From a virus, in the IMG/VR virus record IMGVR_UViG_3300033145_000529, positions 84,198 to 148,197 of that record: a DNA stretch of 64,000 bases. One strand, 5' to 3'. Positions within the stretch are counted from its first letter, which is position 1, and each line of letters opens with the position of its first letter. The position numbers and the translations under genes are program-made. A model generated the notes under the pieces. The model had not been told where the DNA came from, searched no databases, and saw only the letters and a program-made list of their open reading frames with translations. This document shows positions 58,097 to 64,000 of this stretch, piece after piece.

Positions 58097-59158
58097 TTAT
58101 CCAGAACATACTTTCTTAAACCTCATAAATGGTTGATAATGTCTACCTATTCGCACGTATTCTCTATCTCGTTCTGATGGCGAAAAAGCTAGGCATTTCT
58201 TTTGTTTCCCTCCCCATCCATATCTCACAAAGAATATATTGCCAATTTGTGCTTGGATGGATTGTAAAACAAGATTGAATATGTCTTTACGAATATGCTT
58301 TTTATTCCCCTTTTTACCTATCTTATAGATATTTGATATTCCATAAATTGATGTTAGTTCTTTAGCAAGTATCCTGAACTCTATCTGTTGACCAAATCTG
58401 TAAACATCAGCCATTACCATTACAACAGTAGCATTTGGAAGTTTTTCTCTTATCGCTAATATCAAACGTGGGCGTTGGGTTTCATATCCAGCACCATTGA
58501 TGTATACTAAACATCTTTTTGTGCTGTGTTTCAATTCTGCTAAAACTTGAAGCATATTACCACGTTTCGTCTTAACATTATGCCCCTGTTCCTCACAATA
58601 CTGTCTTACACGCTCAACTTTTTCCCACTCACTCAAATTATTGAGTAGAATATTCTTTTTAACACTACCCCAATCAATAAGCATCTTTGTTTCCATTTCC
58701 ACTAAATACCCATTTTCACGGGTTAAATCTTCAAGACAAAACAAATATAATGTTTTATAAACTGGCATCTGCTTCAAGAAATCTCTTATTCTATATTTCT
58801 TACTACTACTCAAATCTGGAAGTTTGTTTTTACTTTTATTGCTGCGACCGTGATGTAGCCGTAATGCAGTAACTTCCTCGTCAGCTACTTGTATTAGCTC
58901 TAAATCAGATTTATTAGCATACTCTAAATTATCTCGTAATTCTCTGTATCGTTTTGAGATATATGTTATGGCTTCAATCTTTTCCTTATAACCAACATCC
59001 TTTTTATTAAGCTTAGGGAAAAAGTGCCTTGCAAAATAAATATTAGCTTCTTTCTCCCCAATTAAAAAATCTGCTTTCTCAAGAGACTTTTTAATTTTAG
59101 CTATTCCTGATTTGTCATATCTACTATATTGTTTCAAACAATGAGTGTAGAGTCTCAT
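58097..59158 (-). CDS. Hypothetical protein
   Basis: 353-aa ORF on the coding strand; no motif recognised. Confidence 0.65.
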   Translation of the reverse strand: MRLYTHCLKQYSRYDKSGIAKIKKSLEKADFLIGEKEANIYFARHFFPKLNKKDVGYKEKIEAITYISKRYRELRDNLEYANKSDLELIQVADEEVTALRLHHGRSNKSKNKLPDLSSSKKYRIRDFLKQMPVYKTLYLFCLEDLTRENGYLVEMETKMLIDWGSVKKNILLNNLSEWEKVERVRQYCEEQGHNVKTKRGNMLQVLAELKHSTKRCLVYINGAGYETQRPRLILAIREKLPNATVVMVMADVYRFGQQIEFRILAKELTSIYGISNIYKIGKKGNKKHIRKDIFNLVLQSIQAQIGNIFFVRYGWGGKQKKCLAFSPSERDREYVRIGRHYQPFMRFKKVCSG

Positions 59159-59515
59159 CTAAACAATAGCCCCTTTATTCGTGTAACAGTAGAACCTGTG
59201 TTCACATTCATCGCATTTAACTTTGTTCTCGCACCATAATGGTTGAAAGAACATCTCTAAAAACTCCCCATCTTTTTTCTTTGCCCTGCTGTTCTTCCAT
59301 ACTAACCAGATACCACCCTTATGGTATTCCAGATTAATTAATGCCCACCGATGGGAGACTTTAATCTCTTTACCATCACCACCATCACCAAGAGCTACCC
59401 CATCAACCCTTGAACATTCGGCGTAAATTGGACAGTTGTCACATTTCCTCCGCCAACATTCCATTGCCAGTTGAGTGAGGATTTCTCCACTCATATGTAG
59501 GATGCGTAGATACAA
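59159..59515 (-). CDS. Hypothetical protein with C-terminal CxxCxxRFxCxT module
   Basis: WCENKVKCDECEHRFYCYT. Confidence 0.7.
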   Translation of the reverse strand: MYLRILHMSGEILTQLAMECWRRKCDNCPIYAECSRVDGVALGDGGDGKEIKVSHRWALINLEYHKGGIWLVWKNSRAKKKDGEFLEMFFQPLWCENKVKCDECEHRFYCYTNKGAIV

Positions 59516-60035
59516 ATGTTTTCATTTAATCAAAAGGTTCTTGCTGACCTAACACTTGACGGTCTAGGAATATCTTAACGTCATTCCCAACAATAGTAAG
59601 TGTTCCTGCTTTTTCCGCTTCTTCTAGAGCCGCTTGAATTGCAAGCAATTTACCAAGTGTCAACCCCAACCAAGTGTAGTTATTCTTGTGTTCCGCTTTT
59701 GTTAATTCCATTTCCCCTCCAATGTGTAATGTCTCAACATATCCTGTTGGTTTTTCTCTGCAATAAACTCGTAATAACCCTTGTATCACGCACCCCTCAA
59801 ATAATGTCCCGTAGCCTTTTTCCTCTATCTTATCAGGTTTTAATACCACAGCTTCAATGTCTGAGCACATAATTTTTCTGACCTTCATTCGATGATTAGT
59901 GTGTCCGTTAGCGTAGTATTCCTTACCATCACAGCTAAATAAAAGTTTCTTCATCGTTCTATTTGACAGAAAATGTTGAAGCCAATTTTTCAAACTTGCC
60001 TCTTGGTAGTCACCCCTCTACTACTCATTGTCTAT

Positions 60036-60064
60036 ATTATAACACATGCCGTTTTGTAAGTCAA
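60036..60064 (-). promoter_or_regulatory. Sigma70-type promoter with extended -10
   Basis: TTGACT-N17-TATAAT with TGTG on the - strand. Confidence 0.8.
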
Positions 60065-60156
60065 GCTCCACATACCGCCGCACAAAACCACCTGCTGTTT
60101 TACTCGTTCATTCTTATGCTCTACTTTCCATTGCTTGTTATCAAATTTCAAATACA

Positions 60157-60813
60157 TTATTCCCAAAAAGAATTATTCCCCCAACTACCATACTTTGGTT
60201 TTGGCTCAGGTGCTCCTGTATAACACTTAAATCGTAAGTCACAGTTATTACATTTCTCGCTTTGTTTATTGGTTTCGTAGCAGTATTTTATAGCGAGTGC
60301 CTCGTTCACAACTCGTTCTGGTCTGTCAAATTCCCAATGAGCTTGCTCAACAAAGACCTCATTATCCTTGACAACCAAATTCCACCTATCCTCGTTGTCC
60401 TCACCCTGTGCTTCAATCTCTCCATCACAAATATGCCCCTTTAAGAAAGCAAACTGTTTTGGAAATCTGGTTTTAGCAACAGGGTCAGGTTTGAGGAAAT
60501 TTTGAATAATATACCACATCCATTCGGCTGAACAATAGAACTTCTCAGCTCCATCCCACTCAATATACTTGCCATCTTCGGTTGGTGTCCACTGACACCA
60601 CAAACCTGGTTGTTCAGGGGACGAGGTGTTACAGTCTATTATGTCGGGGTCTTCACCTTGCCCTGCCACACCAGTACCGTCAACGAAATATTCCCCATTT
60701 TTACGCAACATTCTCCTAGTCTTGGAGAACTTCTGTAAATACTCTATCTCCTTGCTGTTCAAGGTTGGTTCAATAGCTATTTCACCCCTAAAGTTTGTTG
60801 TGTATCCCATCAC
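60157..60813 (-). CDS. Hypothetical phage protein with appended CxxCxxRFxCxT module
   Basis: MGYTTNFRG..QPGLWCQW..WDGAEKFY..GEIEAQGED; tail YCYETNKQSEKCNNCDLRFKCYT. Confidence 0.8.
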   Translation of the reverse strand: MMGYTTNFRGEIAIEPTLNSKEIEYLQKFSKTRRMLRKNGEYFVDGTGVAGQGEDPDIIDCNTSSPEQPGLWCQWTPTEDGKYIEWDGAEKFYCSAEWMWYIIQNFLKPDPVAKTRFPKQFAFLKGHICDGEIEAQGEDNEDRWNLVVKDNEVFVEQAHWEFDRPERVVNEALAIKYCYETNKQSEKCNNCDLRFKCYTGAPEPKPKYGSWGNNSFWE

Positions 60814-60932
60814 TTCTCACCTTATTGACGTTCAATTCTTCTTTATCGCATATGGGGCAAGCGTACCAAGGAATACCTTCTCCACAATCTTTGCCACCAC
60901 CTACCCAAATTAAAATCAATCTTGCACCACAT

Positions 60933-61511
60933 TTACACACTTTGTGAACCATATTCCTTATCCCACCTCTCCCAACATTCGTGTTTGTCTTTGAAATGGT
61001 CACATGATGTAAATGAACTGACACCTATCCTACACCAATCCCAACGTGGTTTCTTACTATAATCTGCCAATTGATACCACCATGCGGGACAAACATAGTT
61101 TCTCATTTCAGACTTTGGTGGAAATATTGGATTTTTCAGCCATTCATTATAAGGTATTCCACCAAAATCCTCAAGCTTTAAAGTTTCCCCACCCTTACCC
61201 CCTTCCCCAACCCCAATGCCAGGATTTGTTTGAAATACCCTCTTAATCTTGTCCCTTATTTGCTGTCCTCTAAAATCAATCCATTCTACATGAATATGTG
61301 ACTTGCCAGTTCCTTTACATTTGTTGCAAACAACTCCTGCTCCATCCAATTCACCCATACCTACATAGATACCTGTTCCTTTACAAGCACCGCATTGAGT
61401 ATCAGTATAAAAGGAGAAAACAGTCGAGGTAAAGCACTCGTAACGAAACCTGCAATTATCGCAAGCTTTGTTGCCGTTAGCTTTTTGGACTTCTCTACAG
61501 TTTAGATTAAT
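60933..61511 (-). CDS. CxxCxGxG protein with N-terminal CxxCxxRYxCxT module; probable ATT start
   Basis: Frame open 51 codons upstream of the tracked ATG: INLNCREVQKANGNKACDNCRFRYECFT..CGACKGTG..CNKCKGTG. Confidence 0.7.
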   Translation of the reverse strand: MNLNCREVQKANGNKACDNCRFRYECFTSTVFSFYTDTQCGACKGTGIYVGMGELDGAGVVCNKCKGTGKSHIHVEWIDFRGQQIRDKIKRVFQTNPGIGVGEGGKGGETLKLEDFGGIPYNEWLKNPIFPPKSEMRNYVCPAWWYQLADYSKKPRWDWCRIGVSSFTSCDHFKDKHECWERWDKEYGSQSV

Positions 61512-61994
61512 CTAAATATCCCCTATCTATAGCTACCCTGATATAGAAAATATACCCCACACATGAAGCAAATTCCCCAAGCTACGGTTGCACCAGCTAT
61601 CCATGAAACAGGGAATGTAGCCACCACATGCCCAAATATAAATGATGGGATAACCAGCAAAAATACCCCCTTATCTATTCTCTTCATTTTTCTTCCCTCA
61701 CAAAGTTTTCGTCTATTGGTACTCCCTCTCCATCCTTTCCAACCTTGAAGCCATAATTGAATTGTTTCTGCTTCATATAAAGAAGTAACTCTGTTTCATC
61801 ATCGTAGGAAATAACCTCAAGTAGAGTATCACTGTCAAGTAATGCTAATTTATTGTCGGGGTATTCTTCATATAATACTCTTGCCAACGTTAATCCCAAG
61901 AATACAGACTCCGTTAATATAGGTAGAATACCATATTGTTGGCAAACAAACAGAAGTTCTGAGATATTTGTCGCACATTTAAGTGTTCTTATCA

Positions 61995-63428
61995 TTATCT
62001 ATCTTTATAAATTCCAGCTTCACGTAACTTGTTCACATCGAACTCGGCTTCACGCTGTGTCCAGCAAATAAACCGCATTTTACAAGCATCACATTGTTCA
62101 GGGTAGTTTTTGCACATTATGGGTATCTTTTGTGTACCCCTTCCATAGACATCACTAGTTTCTTCAACCGCCATAATCAGCCGACCCTGACCATTAACAG
62201 TCAAACCCTCATCCCGCAGAGCTATGATATGTTTGCACGTTCTGTTTCTACGAGTATTAAATATCCAAGATGGACAATTGTGAACATAGGCATTAGAAAT
62301 TATATAGTGTGGTTTATCATTGACCTCACAATTATAAACGTTTCCAATATATTTGTAACGTTCAATAGACCTAATAGATGTTGCAATCCAATCAGGCATA
62401 GAGTAATAATGTGTATTTGCCCCCTTTATTGCAAGACTACCACAATATTGAACTTTTGCGTTGCCAGCTCTTCCATTTATAATATAAGTATTGCGACTGT
62501 TACTTAAACACAAGGTATACAACTTGCCAAATCTTGCAGCAAGTAACTGAATTTGTAACGCTAGTGTCCTACTAGTAGTAGAAAACCTAAAACCAGAATT
62601 TGACCCATCCCCTTTAAGATATGCTTCTAAAAATGAGGTAGCTAATAATTCCTCTCCCATCAATATCCAATTAGGTATTTTCTTGTTCTCTGCACCACGA
62701 CCAAAGTGGTCACTCATAAATCGTGCTAATGGTTCATTGTGTATTGTTAAACGATAGCAGTTACCTACAACTTCGTCTGAAGTGCCAATACCCATAGAGT
62801 TGACATAAGATTGTACTTGTAAAGCATCACTTCTATCTTTATTGTTATTAAAATCTAGCGTAAACCCATTGCTATTTTTACTTCCCTCAGCAACATACCA
62901 ACCACACAACATAGCAAAATCCTGCGATAGTTTTATTTGTCGTGTACCACGATTCCGCCACTCTGGTGCTTTTACATACTTTGTCAAATCAAACATTTTG
63001 ACCACGTGTGTAGTTTTAAGTCGTGGTATCAAAAGATAATTACTTTTCTTCCTATTATGATACTCCAATTGTCCAGAAAGCTTCCACAATGGCTCGCTAA
63101 ATCTGTAGCCATTTCCATATCTATAATGTTCTACCACAAAAAATGGGTGTTCACATGTACAGCTAATTGGCAACAACCCAGTGGCTTTTATGCAAAGCAA
63201 ATCCTCATTTACTTGTCGTGTTAATACTTGACTTATTATATCTGTTTTAATATTGACTACGTTATCCCCGACAACTAAATCTTCAATGTTCTTGTTTGCC
63301 CCAAGGATAAATGTACCTTCTGGAAAACAATTACAACTAAACATACCATGTTCATCTACTTTAATAGTATAGTGCTTGTTGGGATTAGATTGAGACGAAA
63401 TTTCTGCAACAAAATTATACTGTTTCAT
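61995..63428 (-). CDS. SWIM zinc-finger protein interrupted by an intein; C-terminal CxxCxxRFxCxT module
   Basis: Predicted spliced product FSCN|CPSWIFNTRRNRTCKHI; tail MCKNYPEQCDACKMRFICWT. Confidence 0.85.
   Translation of the reverse strand: MKQYNFVAEISSQSNPNKHYTIKVDEHGMFSCNCFPEGTFILGANKNIEDLVVGDNVVNIKTDIISQVLTRQVNEDLLCIKATGLLPISCTCEHPFFVVEHYRYGNGYRFSEPLWKLSGQLEYHNRKKSNYLLIPRLKTTHVVKMFDLTKYVKAPEWRNRGTRQIKLSQDFAMLCGWYVAEGSKNSNGFTLDFNNNKDRSDALQVQSYVNSMGIGTSDEVVGNCYRLTIHNEPLARFMSDHFGRGAENKKIPNWILMGEELLATSFLEAYLKGDGSNSGFRFSTTSRTLALQIQLLAARFGKLYTLCLSNSRNTYIINGRAGNAKVQYCGSLAIKGANTHYYSMPDWIATSIRSIERYKYIGNVYNCEVNDKPHYIISNAYVHNCPSWIFNTRRNRTCKHIIALRDEGLTVNGQGRLIMAVEETSDVYGRGTQKIPIMCKNYPEQCDACKMRFICWTQREAEFDVNKLREAGIYKDR
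62277..63329 (-). mobile_element. Intein with LAGLIDADG homing endonuclease (351 aa)
   Basis: Starts CFPEGT; block B CTCEHPF; GWYVAEGS and EAYLKGDGS; VYNCEV; ends VHN followed by Cys+1. Confidence 0.92.
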
Positions 63429-64000
63429 TTCTCCTCACATCAACCATTTTGCATTTTGCAATCTTATCCTACCACACCTAGCACAGATAAACCCCATATC
63501 CCGTTTACCTGTTATTGGATTGTATAGGGCAACAATATCCTCGTGCCCCTTTATAAGACAGATGATGCTCCTCCAAAACCATCTTACTCTAAATTTCATT
63601 TCTCAGCCTCCTTACTGTTATTAAACATCAGTTGTCTCTCCAGGTAATAGTGGCTCGAATTCCCAGCTAAGTTTTTCACGGCGGGCGTTAGTACGCTTCA
63701 GGGCTTCAATGCCTAGTCTATCCGCTTCGGCTATCTCATCAGGGTCAATACTGAGAAGTTCCTCTCTTGTAAGAGATTTGATTTCTATAGCTCTTTCAAT
63801 TTTCATTGTAACCTTCCTTATTGACTGTCATTTCTCCTCCTTACTGTCAGGTAGTGGGCACCACTCAGGTATGTTCGATTCGCCAAGCTTTAGATATACA
63901 TATGGGATAAACCTATCCACTTCCGCACAGTAATTTAGAACCTTCTTTTCATCTGATGAACTGTTATAGTGGGGGGGGGGGGGGGGGGGGGGGGTATTAA

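Noticed and set aside
3432-63428. Diversity-generating retroelement or DNA repeat as the source of the Cys module
   Set aside because: No reverse transcriptase is present in the window, and the copies are not near-identical at DNA level nor restricted to adenine differences.
63971-63994. Run of 24 G at the window end
   Set aside because: Most likely a sequencing or assembly artefact (poly-G at read or contig ends); it interrupts a plausible small ORF and cannot be supported as biological.
1-64000. Stop-codon reassignment explaining the broken ORFs
   Set aside because: Long core genes are intact in the standard code, all three stops are used at gene junctions, the remnants show frameshifts and deletions, and the TAA and TAG anticodon tRNAs are Leu rather than suppressors.

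Overview
This is a 64-kb, gene-dense, AT-rich segment of a large dsDNA bacteriophage read in the standard genetic code; I recognise no virion structural genes in the window. The + strand (1-37.0 kb) carries a replication and nucleotide module (ThyX, RNase H, dATP/dGTP diphosphohydrolase, family A DNA polymerase, dCMP deaminase, RecA, PD-(D/E)XK nuclease), DNA-modification genes, translation genes (IF3 C-domain, bS21, SPOUT-like methyltransferase) and 30 tRNA or tRNA-like genes interleaved with small ORFs, decayed homing endonucleases and several structured non-coding RNAs. The - strand (37.1-64 kb) carries a CCA-adding enzyme and many small accessory genes, and the two arms converge on a bidirectional terminator near 37.03 kb. 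Five signals are unexplained. (1) A portable peptide module, (C/H)-x(n)-C-x2-C-x2-[RK][FY]-x-C-x-[TS], is grafted at the N-terminus, C-terminus or interior of 25 otherwise unrelated proteins. (2) A radical SAM enzyme is followed by five proteins sharing the N-terminus MK(I/V)RxGF(V/I)SNSSS. (3) Two tandem, co-varying Y-RNA-like stems sit directly upstream of a 653-aa protein with a TerD-like C-terminus. (4) Several closed-stem ncRNAs abut tRNAs, and one tRNA-Arg(CCU) has rearranged arms. (5) An intein interrupts a SWIM zinc finger. All family assignments come from motif recognition by eye, not from database searches.
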